Of a stretch of DNA of 27,122 nt, positions 9,139-17,528 are shown piece by piece; the stretch's first letter is position 1; the number at the start of each line of letters is the position of its first letter. The translations under genes were made by a program, and so were the position numbers. The stretch is from an uncultured Myxococcales bacterium (GTDB lineage Bacteria; Myxococcota; UBA727; JABDBI01): the NCBI GenBank assembly GCA_964602645.1, contig CAZRSD010000001.1, positions 1 through 27,122 of the forward strand, read 5' to 3'. Below the pieces are notes generated by a model that searched no databases, was not told the origin of the DNA, and was given only the letters and a program-made list of their open reading frames with translations.

Positions 9139-9567
9139 ATGGCCGGCATATTGGAACAATACGATCCGCAAGACTACTCGGTCACGTTTAACGGCATTCC
9201 CATCGAAGGTTTCGACGGTGATGATTTCATCGATATCGAGTTTGACTCCGAAGGATATCAGGATGACATCGGAGCTGATGGCCACGTGGTGCGTTATAAA
9301 TCCTGTGACCAACGAGCGACTATAACCTTTACTCTTATGGCCACGTCGCCAACCAATAAGCTCTTATCGGTTATGTACAACGCCGATATCAAGGCACCGA
9401 ATGGCATTGGTGTCGGCCCGATTCTTATTCGCAATACGCAAGGTGCCACGGTTTTTATGGGAGCGCAGGCGTGGATTCAAAAGATGCCAAAAAGCACCTT
9501 GGGGCCAAAGCTTGGTAGCCGCGAATGGAAAATCCGCGTGGCCAAGCTTGAAGCATTTCTATCCTAA
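9139..9567 (+). CDS. Tail tube protein, DUF3277 family
   Basis: QYDPQDYSVTFNGIPIEGF, DIGADG, ATITFTLMATSPTNKLLS, REWKI; follows sheath; RBS GGAGGGG. Confidence 0.9.
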   Translation: MAGILEQYDPQDYSVTFNGIPIEGFDGDDFIDIEFDSEGYQDDIGADGHVVRYKSCDQRATITFTLMATSPTNKLLSVMYNADIKAPNGIGVGPILIRNTQGATVFMGAQAWIQKMPKSTLGPKLGSREWKIRVAKLEAFLS

Positions 9568-9580
9568 AAGGACTTAGACG

Positions 9581-9997
9581 ATGATCAAAACGCAAGAAAT
9601 CGTTATCGATGGCAAGAATTTTAAGGTGACCCAATTGGGCTACAACGATGGCGTAGAATTGCTGACCAAACTACTTTCTATCGCCGGTCAATCTTTTGAA
9701 AAGGCTGGGGATAAGGAATCGTTTTCGTTGGGGCGCTTAGCGTCGAACTTGAAGGCAAATGATTTGAAGATGGTCATAGAAAAGCTTGCTCAACGGACTC
9801 TGATCGAAAGAGAATCTGGCTCCGACAAATGGCCCAAGCTAGAACCCGAGGTTGATTTAGCTGGCGATTACAATCTCATGTTCAAATGGCTCAAGTTTGC
9901 CTTGGAGGTGAACTACGGCGGTTTTTTTTCCGAAGGGGGAATTTTGGAAAAAAGCGGCGCCTTCCTCGGCCTCACAAAGAAGGCTCACATGGCATAA
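9581..9997 (+). CDS. Tail assembly chaperone (gpG-like)
   Basis: Between tube and tape measure; FALEVNYGGFF near the C-terminus; overlapping -1 frame ORF downstream. Confidence 0.8.
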   Translation: MIKTQEIVIDGKNFKVTQLGYNDGVELLTKLLSIAGQSFEKAGDKESFSLGRLASNLKANDLKMVIEKLAQRTLIERESGSDKWPKLEPEVDLAGDYNLMFKWLKFALEVNYGGFFSEGGILEKSGAFLGLTKKAHMA

Positions 9998-10173
9998 CGC
10001 CGCCAGATATCCCCTGGCGTATCTATCGCGTGGCCATGTCTAAGTATTTTAATGTTTCGCCTATCGAAATCGAAGAGCGTTGGTCCATCGACGACGTCGA
10101 CCATGCCCATGAGGCGCTGGATTATGTGGAGTGTTTAGAATGGCGTCATGCCAAGGAGTCTAAGCGAAGATGA
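9922..10173 (+). CDS. -1 frameshift extension of the tail chaperone (gpT-like)
   Basis: Open -1 frame (ORF 9886-10173) encodes WRIYRVAM...EIEERWSIDDVDHAHEALD and ends overlapping the TMP start. Slippery runs at 9922-9928 (T TTT TTT) and 9946-9952 (G GAA AAA). Confidence 0.7.
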   Translation, partial: FFFRRGNFGKKRRLPRPHKEGSHGITPPDIPWRIYRVAMSKYFNVSPIEIEERWSIDDVDHAHEALDYVECLEWRHAKESKRR

Positions 10174-11795
10174 TCGTTCGCAAGCTTGAAGCGTTGTTTG
10201 GCTTTAGAATTGATACAGCTCAGTTTAATAAAGCCACCAGTGCCATCGATAACTTTGCCGCTAATGCCAATACCGCCATGGGAGCGCTTGCAGGTCATTT
10301 TGCTTTTCAAGCTATCAAGGACTTTGTGGATAGCACCACCGAGGCGATGGCCAATGTTGGCAAAACGGCGGGCTATTTAGGTATCTCAACGAACGCCTTG
10401 GGTGAGCTTCGTTATGCTGCAGAAAAGAGCGGTGTATCGATCGACACACTCGATGATAGCCTTAAGGAACTGCAGATCCGTGCCGTCGATGCAAAATCAG
10501 GCACCGGAGACGCGGCAGAAGCCTTTGCGGCATTAGGTATGAAGTCAACCGACGCTGCCGGCAATATGCGCGAGCCGCTGGAGTTACTGAGTGAAGTGGC
10601 TGATCGCCTCAAGGAGCTGCCAACCCAAAGCGAGAGAATTTGGGTGGTGGATTCGATGTTCGGCGATCAGGGCGTCGAGATGCTCAAAATCCTCAAGGAT
10701 GGTTCAGCTGGTTTAGCCAATATGCGCCATGAAGCAAAAGAACTTGGCTATACCTTGAATGATGACGCTGCCTCCAGGGCTATTAGATTTCGCCAAGCGC
10801 TCACTACGTTAAAAGCGTCATTAGGCGGGATGATTCGTACCGTATTCGCGAGTCTGCTTCCTACCATGACGGGTTTTGTTGAAGGCTCCGCTGCCATGTG
10901 GAAATCATTGAGCACAACATTTGCCGATCTCAGTGAAAATACATCTGTCGTTCGTACCGTATTCATAGCTCTCGGTGTTGTCCTCGCGGCGTTAGCACTA
11001 AAGGCGGCCATTGCCTTTGCACCATTTTATGTCGTCGCGGTGATTTTTGCCGCCAAAGCGGCGCTTATCATAGCCTTGGTTGCTGGCATTGCTCTCGTTA
11101 TTGATGATTTATGGACGGCGTTTTCGGGCGGCGAATCGGTCATCAAGAATGTATTTCAGGCACTGAAATCGTGGGGCACCAATCTTCTCAGCCGCATCTG
11201 GGATTTTTTGCCCACCGATTTGCAGGAGAACTTAAAAGCAGCCTTCTCCATAGCCAAAACGGCCATTGAAAAAATCACCGCCTTTGTGATGACCGTTTTC
11301 AGAAGAGCGTGGGGCTTTGCTTTTGATATAGCGGGTACCGTCGTTACAGAGTTAAAGAATGCGGCGGTTCAGATATTTGATGTGCTATCCGCCCTCATTG
11401 CTAAGGTTGCTCCCTTCTTAGCGGGAGCTTTAGTAGATGCCTTTGCGCACGCAGTTGCTGCCATTAAAGAAGCCATTTTGAGTATCAAAAACCTCATCTC
11501 CGATGCAGTTCCTGATTTTGTGAAAAAGGGCTTTTCTGCTGCAGTTGATTACGTCGGTGGTATCGGAAGCCAATACGATAAAAAACCATCACAACAGCAT
11601 TTAGCGCCGCTTGCCAACTCTTCCCACAGCTCAATTCAAAACCACAGCAATCAAAACGTTAGCGTTGCCGTCAACGTTAAGACTGGGGCTGGAGCGCATG
11701 AGATAGGCACCGAAGTATCTAAGGCGATGCGCAAAGAATTAGAAAGAGAGAGAACGAACGCTTTTATGGGGGTTACTCGATATGCCAGCAGCTAG
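10170..11795 (+). CDS. Tape measure protein
   Basis: Longest tail ORF, Ala-rich and helical; LRYAAEKSG, ADRLKEL...LGYTL N-terminal motifs; hydrophobic central segment. Confidence 0.9.
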   Translation: MIVRKLEALFGFRIDTAQFNKATSAIDNFAANANTAMGALAGHFAFQAIKDFVDSTTEAMANVGKTAGYLGISTNALGELRYAAEKSGVSIDTLDDSLKELQIRAVDAKSGTGDAAEAFAALGMKSTDAAGNMREPLELLSEVADRLKELPTQSERIWVVDSMFGDQGVEMLKILKDGSAGLANMRHEAKELGYTLNDDAASRAIRFRQALTTLKASLGGMIRTVFASLLPTMTGFVEGSAAMWKSLSTTFADLSENTSVVRTVFIALGVVLAALALKAAIAFAPFYVVAVIFAAKAALIIALVAGIALVIDDLWTAFSGGESVIKNVFQALKSWGTNLLSRIWDFLPTDLQENLKAAFSIAKTAIEKITAFVMTVFRRAWGFAFDIAGTVVTELKNAAVQIFDVLSALIAKVAPFLAGALVDAFAHAVAAIKEAILSIKNLISDAVPDFVKKGFSAAVDYVGGIGSQYDKKPSQQHLAPLANSSHSSIQNHSNQNVSVAVNVKTGAGAHEIGTEVSKAMRKELERERTNAFMGVTRYASS

Positions 11796-12186
11796 CGCTG
11801 TTTTTAAAATTTTGATTGTATCGTTGCCGCTGCTGATGGGCGGCTGCAAGCACATCGGTTTGCTCTTTGAGCCACCGGCAACGTTGAAGGCCGTGGTGCA
11901 AGGCGAGATCAAAGGCATGGCCATCCATTGCGAAAAGACCTTAACGCTTGGCAATGCTCGCTGGGAAGTGATGTGCAAAGTCAGCGACGAGATCGACATC
12001 AAATACCGCACCAAAGCCATTAACAATAATCAAACCAAGCTCGAAATTCTGATCGACAAGCAAAGCGGTGACGGCCAAAAAACAATTTTTGCGCCTATGG
12101 TCGTTGTGAGCAAAGACAAACCGTCAAGCACGGAAACGGTGAGTGATAAAGCTCGTATCGCCATTCGAACCGAGCCCATGCGATGA
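11782..12186 (+). CDS. Predicted lipoprotein of unknown function
   Basis: Signal peptide with lipobox (FKILIVSLPLLMGG|C); overlaps both neighbours. Confidence 0.6.
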   Translation: MPAASAVFKILIVSLPLLMGGCKHIGLLFEPPATLKAVVQGEIKGMAIHCEKTLTLGNARWEVMCKVSDEIDIKYRTKAINNNQTKLEILIDKQSGDGQKTIFAPMVVVSKDKPSSTETVSDKARIAIRTEPMR

Positions 12187-12824
12187 AGTCTTTAACCGAG
12201 GAAATAAAGCTCTTCTTTTCCGATAAGCAGTTTCGCATCGGAGAGCTCACCATTGATGCGGTAATAAAGGAAAGTCATGAGCTCCGGGCTCAGATAACTG
12301 AACATCCGACTGAGAATGGTGAGAGCTTTTGTGATCATGTGAGCAGCCTGCCTACCTCGGTCCAGCTCGAGGGTATTATTTCTAATACGCCGTTAACGCT
12401 CATTGGACTCACGGCAGTTACATCATTGACCAATTACATAACCGACCGGTCGAATAATATGGCAGAGCTTGCCTATAAGACGCTCGAGGACATCTTTGCG
12501 AAACGCACGCCTATTAGCATCTCCACTTCCCTCAAAGATTACGACAACATGGTGCTGGAAAGTCTCAGCGTTGAACGGGGGGGAGGTGCTACCGAGTCAC
12601 TTCGCTTTAGGGCAACGGCCAAGCAGGTACGCATTGCCCATCAAGCAACCATCGCAATTTCTCTTCCTGAGCCCAAACCAGAACGAGCCAAGCCGAAACA
12701 GCGCCTCGGTAAACAGGAGACCAAACCGGTTTCTGAACACACGCAAAAAACCGTGGAGACGGTAAAGAAGACCGTGACAGAAAAGCAGTCATTTTTGAGT
12801 TCGATATTTGGCTGGAGCAAATAG
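12183..12824 (+). CDS. Tail tube initiator / baseplate protein (Dit-like N-terminal domain)
   Basis: IDAVIKESHELRAQITEHPTENGESFCDHV...QLEGIISNTP; YDNMVLESLSVER. Confidence 0.8.
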   Translation: MKSLTEEIKLFFSDKQFRIGELTIDAVIKESHELRAQITEHPTENGESFCDHVSSLPTSVQLEGIISNTPLTLIGLTAVTSLTNYITDRSNNMAELAYKTLEDIFAKRTPISISTSLKDYDNMVLESLSVERGGGATESLRFRATAKQVRIAHQATIAISLPEPKPERAKPKQRLGKQETKPVSEHTQKTVETVKKTVTEKQSFLSSIFGWSK

Positions 12825-12825
12825 T

Positions 12826-13137
12826 ATGACGATCATAGAAATCCCCATCGCATCGTCTGCATCGCATTTTATGCAAGAGAACGATGTTTTTGGGCAGAAC
12901 TTCTTTCTAGAGTTCGAGTGGATTGAAAATGAGGGTTTTTGGTTATTGCATGTTGCCGATGAAAAAGGACGTCCTTTGGCTTCAGGTATTAAACTACAAC
13001 CCGAATGGCCGCTCTATGTTCACCATGACGCAAAGTTGCCGTTTGCATTTATGATGCTGTCTCGACTACCCGGACAATGCCTAGACCGCGCAACGTTAAA
13101 AAACCAATTTACTCTGGTGGCCTATGAAGTTGTTTGA
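12826..13137 (+). CDS. Small baseplate protein
   Basis: Start moved to ATG 12826. FFLEFEWIENEGFWLLHVADEKGRPLASGIKL; usual position before the hub gene. Confidence 0.7.
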   Translation: MTIIEIPIASSASHFMQENDVFGQNFFLEFEWIENEGFWLLHVADEKGRPLASGIKLQPEWPLYVHHDAKLPFAFMMLSRLPGQCLDRATLKNQFTLVAYEVV

Positions 13138-13921
13138 CCGCGTCGTTGAGTTAACGGTCGGAGACACACAAATCACCGGCCTCGATATCGCCTTTGAGAT
13201 CGAAAAAGACCTGAGTCCTGAGCCCAATCCATGCAGCATCGAGATTTTTAATTTGGGTGCAAAGAATAGGGCTATTCTTTCTCAATACGACCGCGTGCCG
13301 GTACTGCTTAAAGCCGGATATAAAGACCAGGTGGCGGTGATTTTTCAGGGCGACATGATCAGTTGCACCCATCTCAAAGAAGGTCCTGATTGGAAAACAG
13401 TGCTCGCAAATGGTGATGGCGCCAAAGCTATTCAGACAGCGCGCATCAATAAGAGTTTTTCCAAAGGGACACCAGTAAAAACGGTCATCAAAGAAATCGC
13501 TGAGCAATTGCGGATACCGAGCAGCGGTGCGTTAAAGCAGCTGGAAGTGCTTACGGACAAGTTGGGACGCGGTTTTGTAGCGAGCGGAAGCCCCATGGAT
13601 GAGCTTTGTCGCATTCTTCGACAGTATGGTTATAGCGCATCCGTGCAAGACAACAATCTCCAGGTGCTCAAGCAATGGCAGGCTTTGGATAAACAGGCTA
13701 TCAACTTAACCGCTGATTCCGGCCTTAAAGGAACGCCGGAAGTTGGTAGCGACAAAAAAATTCAGATTCAGGCGGTACTCATGCCTGAGCTCATGCCAGG
13801 ACAAATGGCGCATATCGAATCGGCGGTATTCAAGGGATTTGCCACCATAGAAAGCGTGCGATTTGAAGGAGCTAATTTTGGCGACGTGTGGGGAATGGTT
13901 GTATCCGCCATAGCTTGTTAA
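13124..13921 (+). CDS. Baseplate hub protein (gpD/gp27-like)
   Basis: LDIAFEIEK...PNPCSIEIFNL, VLLKAGY...IFQGD, LTADSGLKGTPE pattern. Confidence 0.82.
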   Translation: MKLFDRVVELTVGDTQITGLDIAFEIEKDLSPEPNPCSIEIFNLGAKNRAILSQYDRVPVLLKAGYKDQVAVIFQGDMISCTHLKEGPDWKTVLANGDGAKAIQTARINKSFSKGTPVKTVIKEIAEQLRIPSSGALKQLEVLTDKLGRGFVASGSPMDELCRILRQYGYSASVQDNNLQVLKQWQALDKQAINLTADSGLKGTPEVGSDKKIQIQAVLMPELMPGQMAHIESAVFKGFATIESVRFEGANFGDVWGMVVSAIAC

Positions 13922-14469
13922 CGATCAAAAAGCTCTTTCTCCTCTTTGATATAAAAGTGGTCTGGGTGCCAATCGCTTTCCTCTAACACTTCTTCAAGAT
14001 TGCGTTCGACTCTCTTTCCTTTAAATTTTTCTAACAGGTCTTCGAATCCAGGAAGACCTCCGCAGTCTTCAGGGGGAAATGCCTTTTTCCCATCTATAAG
14101 GCGGCGCTCAAATTGATCGTCGCTTGTCACAAATTTGCACACTATCTCACAGCACCAGTTGTCACCAAAATCATACACATATTCACACGTGTTTACTTTA
14201 TCAAAATAGTCTTTTAGTTCAACAGATTGCGCGGTTGGGATTCCTTCATTAATCATGTCGTCATCAATCCGAGCATCTTGCGCTATGGCTTTCGAGGTCC
14301 ATGCGTCACCGGCAAAAAATGAAAAAAGATGGCTATCATACCAACCGCATGCATCCTGAATCGCTTCATGTAAATCTAAAAATGTTGCTGTTGGATTCAG
14401 TTGGAATTTTCGCCAAACCTTGGGCTTCGCATCTTTGAGAGTGACAGTGAATTCAAAATACTGGGGCAT
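13918..14469 (-). CDS. pRiA4b ORF-3 family (MM3350-like) protein
   Basis: VWRKFQL...TFLDLHEAIQDACGWYDSHLFSF, YVYDFGDNW, GKKAFPPEDCGGLPGF. ATG 14469 has a GAAGG RBS; the ORF track starts at TTG 14514. Confidence 0.88.
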   Translation of the reverse strand: MPQYFEFTVTLKDAKPKVWRKFQLNPTATFLDLHEAIQDACGWYDSHLFSFFAGDAWTSKAIAQDARIDDDMINEGIPTAQSVELKDYFDKVNTCEYVYDFGDNWCCEIVCKFVTSDDQFERRLIDGKKAFPPEDCGGLPGFEDLLEKFKGKRVERNLEEVLEESDWHPDHFYIKEEKELFDR

Positions 14470-14510
14470 CAGACTAACCTTCGTTCTTAATTTCTCCCAA
14501 ATAAAGAATA

Positions 14511-14756
14511 TCAATCAGGCCTGATTTGAGAAGCCGGCTTCAAGAGCGCCATCAATGCCGCATCCTTTTCCGCTCTTCTTTTCTTTCTGTCCTCTTCCTT
14601 CGCCGTTTTTCTTTGGTCTTGAAAGGCTCGGTACTTGGCCTTGCGGGCCTCTTTCACTTTTTCTTTCAACGCCTGATATTTTGGATCGGCGTCTCGCTTA
14701 GCCTTGGCTTTTTGATAGGCATCTTTTCTTTTTTGACGCAGCTCTTCTTTGTCCAT
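14511..14756 (-). CDS. Small Lys/Arg/Glu-rich helical protein of unknown function
   Basis: 81 aa, highly charged; upstream of and co-oriented with the pRiA4b ORF-3 gene; candidate promoter TTGAAG-N17-TAATTT just upstream. Confidence 0.6.
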   Translation of the reverse strand: MDKEELRQKRKDAYQKAKAKRDADPKYQALKEKVKEARKAKYRAFQDQRKTAKEEDRKKRRAEKDAALMALLKPASQIRPD

Positions 14757-14760
14757 CGGA

Positions 14761-14811
14761 AAATTAGAACCTCACATTTTTGGCTTCAATCCACACTGTA
14801 AGCCCTATGAT
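14761..14811 (+). promoter_or_regulatory. Putative late promoter, copy 2
   Basis: AAAttaGAAcCTCAcATtttTGGCTTCAATC-N14-TATGAT, with ATG 7 nt after the -10. Same layout as 4291-4341. Confidence 0.6.
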
Positions 14812-14818
14812 GGTTATT

Positions 14819-15478
14819 ATGGAACAAACACCTACATTAGCTCGTCTGATAAAGCTTGCAATCGATAATCGGTTGCTCGATGTGCATACGGCATTGATTG
14901 CGGTCGTTGAAAGTTATGACGCAGAAAAACAGCAGGTCAACGTAACCCCGGTCCTAAAGCGTTGCCTTCGGAGTTTGTCCGGTGATTGGGTCAATGAAGA
15001 GTTACCCAAGATTTGTGATGTGCCCGTTCTCTTCCCGCGTGCCGGCGGATTTTTCATCTCCTTCCCAATTCAGCCCGGAGATTTTGTTCAGTTGCTATTC
15101 AACGAAGTCAGCATTGATGATTGGCTTAACGATGCGCCTTCTACGACGGCCCACGATGAACGATTCAGCCTGCAGGGGGCAGTAGCCATTCCCGGCGTTT
15201 ATCCTTCAACCAAAACCATCACAGGCGCCCATAAAACGAATTTGGTCTTAGGGCAGGAACAAGGCCCGCAAATTCATATCGACGGCGAAAAAATCAGGAT
15301 GGGCTCCGACAAGGCAAATGAAGCTTTGGCTATTGCGAGCAAAGTAAAAGAAGAGCTCGACCGAATCAAATCGGCATTTAATAAGCACAGCCACGTGAGT
15401 TCTTCCGGTCCTATTAAGCCAACGGATAGAATCATTGCTTCGTCCGACATTGCCACTAAAAAGGTGGTCGCCCAATGA
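14819..15478 (+). CDS. Baseplate central spike (gpV / Gp138-like)
   Basis: VHTALIAVVESYD, DVPVLFPRAGGFFISFPIQPGD, C-terminal HSH metal-binding tip motif. Likely start ATG 14819 (MEQTP). Confidence 0.88.
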   Translation: MEQTPTLARLIKLAIDNRLLDVHTALIAVVESYDAEKQQVNVTPVLKRCLRSLSGDWVNEELPKICDVPVLFPRAGGFFISFPIQPGDFVQLLFNEVSIDDWLNDAPSTTAHDERFSLQGAVAIPGVYPSTKTITGAHKTNLVLGQEQGPQIHIDGEKIRMGSDKANEALAIASKVKEELDRIKSAFNKHSHVSSSGPIKPTDRIIASSDIATKKVVAQ

Positions 15479-15837
15479 TGGATTTTTCAATCAACAACCG
15501 CGATCTAGAAATCGCTCAAGGCGACTTCTTATTGTGCGCCACTGATACCGACGCAGTCGCTCAAGCGTTATCGATTCGCCTAAAAACGTTTGCCGGCGAA
15601 TGGTTTTTGGATACCAGAGTGGGCATACCCTATCTCACCGACATCCTGGGCAAGAAGATCAACGAACGCCTGCTGCGTAAGACGGTGACCGAAGAAGTTA
15701 AGAGCTTGCTCGGTATCAGCGATATAAGAGACTTCGCGGTTGAGGCAGGTCGAACCGCTCGAAGCATTTACCTCCGTTTTAGTGCCACTTTGCCTAACCA
15801 CACCACCATCACCGTCAATGAATCAATCGAGGTATAG
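15475..15837 (+). CDS. Baseplate sheath initiator (gpW/gp25-like)
   Basis: AVAQALSIRLKTFAGEWFLDTRVGIPYL motif. Confidence 0.85.
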   Translation: MMDFSINNRDLEIAQGDFLLCATDTDAVAQALSIRLKTFAGEWFLDTRVGIPYLTDILGKKINERLLRKTVTEEVKSLLGISDIRDFAVEAGRTARSIYLRFSATLPNHTTITVNESIEV

Positions 15838-16989
15838 ATGAACGATTGGGGATTAACGATCGCAGGCTTTCGGCCGAAGACATTTCACGCCATCAAAGAG
15901 GAACTTGAATCAGCCTTAAGAAGCGCCGTAGATAAGGATCTGCGCTTCACTCCCGATACAATTGCAGGACAAATCACTGGCATCATTGCCAATCAAACCC
16001 GCCAAGTATGGGAGATGGCTGCAGGTCTCTATGCATCTCTAGATAGCAATACCGCGTCTGGTCGAGCATTAGATGCGCTTTGTGCTCTCAGCGGAACCTA
16101 TAGAAAGCAAGCTGCACCAAGCCGCGCGGTGATTCAGGCAACACTCGCAGCCGGTGCAAAGCTTCCCAAAGGCATCATCATAGCTGATGAGAGCAACACC
16201 AATGCGCGCTTCAAAATCGAGAAAGAAGTCGAAAACGATACGAATGAACAAAAATCTCTTTCAGTTGAAGTTGTAGCCGAAGAAAATGGTCCTATTTATG
16301 TTGAAGCAGGCAGATTGACCAAGATCGTAACTCCTCATGCCGGCCTCGTTGCAGTCAACAATCCCGAAGACGCCATTCCAGGCTGCCTTATTGAATCCGA
16401 TGCGGAGCTGCGCATACGCCGCTTGCAGGAGCTTGGTGCTCCAGGGTCATCGACGCAGGGAGCAATGACAGCACGTCTTTTAAAGGTAAAGGGCGTAGAG
16501 GCAGTACACATCGAAGAGCAAGACCAGGGCTTTTGTGCATTTGTTTTAGGCGGCGACGACCAAGAAATTGCAGAAACCATCTGGCAGCACAAAGCGCTTG
16601 GTGTCCATACGCATGGCCTAATCACGCGAGAAGTAAAAGCCTCAAATGGACAACTCAAGACTATTAAGTTTGATCGGCCAAAACCCATTGAGATTTCATT
16701 GCATCTCAACCTTAGGGTAAAGCAGTCTTTGAGCAATCACGAGCTTGCCGAGCTCAAAGACGCCATTGTCAAATATTGCAAAGACAAATTTAGTTTTGGC
16801 CACGTGCCATACACAGCTCAGATTTATCCCGTGCTCTTTGCTCATGAGAAAATCCTCGACGTCATGTCAATTCAGTTTAGACGCAACGGAAACACTGACG
16901 ACGTTCCTCGCGTGGTTAATCCACATGAAGTATTAACGATCGCTCAACCGGATATTCATATTGAGCAAGTTCTTGAGGATCGGCCGTGA
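15838..16989 (+). CDS. Baseplate wedge protein J / gp47 family
   Basis: TASGRALDALCALSGTYRKQA, ESDAELRIRR, RLLKVKGV, VLGGDDQEIAETIW motifs. Confidence 0.92.
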   Translation: MNDWGLTIAGFRPKTFHAIKEELESALRSAVDKDLRFTPDTIAGQITGIIANQTRQVWEMAAGLYASLDSNTASGRALDALCALSGTYRKQAAPSRAVIQATLAAGAKLPKGIIIADESNTNARFKIEKEVENDTNEQKSLSVEVVAEENGPIYVEAGRLTKIVTPHAGLVAVNNPEDAIPGCLIESDAELRIRRLQELGAPGSSTQGAMTARLLKVKGVEAVHIEEQDQGFCAFVLGGDDQEIAETIWQHKALGVHTHGLITREVKASNGQLKTIKFDRPKPIEISLHLNLRVKQSLSNHELAELKDAIVKYCKDKFSFGHVPYTAQIYPVLFAHEKILDVMSIQFRRNGNTDDVPRVVNPHEVLTIAQPDIHIEQVLEDRP

Positions 16990-17528
16990 AAATAGTCGAA
17001 GAAGCCGAATCGCTGATGCTCTATCAGTTCAAAGATGCACCAAAACTAAAGGGGTTGTTGTGCTCTTTGATCCAGCCCCTGCAAGTAATCGCTGATGGCG
17101 TCGAGCACTTTAGCCACGGGGTGCACATCGATGAAGTATCTGGGCACTGGCTCGATGTTTTGGGTGGCATCGTAGGACAATCGCGTTCAGGCATGAGCGA
17201 CAAAGATTTTAGAACATGGCTCAAAATCCGCGTCATGCTCAACCGCTGTAACGGAACGCCTGAAGAATTGCTCAGCATCATCAAACTTCTCTTGGGATCG
17301 GATTACCCGCTGACATTGGCAGAGCATAAACCAAAGGACATAGTAATGGTGTTCCTCGCGCCCATGAGAATACCGTCTCCGACGGTATTCTCTTTAATCA
17401 GAAATGCATCACCGCTTGGCCTTCGGCATCACTTCGTCAATGCATCCGTAAACAGTCCATTTCAACTCGACAAAAGCGCATTTTCATCAGCTCAGTTTGC
17501 TGAGTTTTTCCATAGGGGTAAAACATGA
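16986..17528 (+). CDS. Baseplate wedge protein, DUF2612 / gpI-like
   Basis: LMLYQFKDAPKLKGLL, GHWLDVLGGIVGQSR, DKDFRTWLKIRV. Confidence 0.82.
   Translation: MKIVEEAESLMLYQFKDAPKLKGLLCSLIQPLQVIADGVEHFSHGVHIDEVSGHWLDVLGGIVGQSRSGMSDKDFRTWLKIRVMLNRCNGTPEELLSIIKLLLGSDYPLTLAEHKPKDIVMVFLAPMRIPSPTVFSLIRNASPLGLRHHFVNASVNSPFQLDKSAFSSAQFAEFFHRGKT

Noticed and set aside
13918-14756. Insertion sequence (the ORF-3 family also occurs as an IS passenger)
   Set aside because: No transposase, terminal inverted repeats or target duplication seen.
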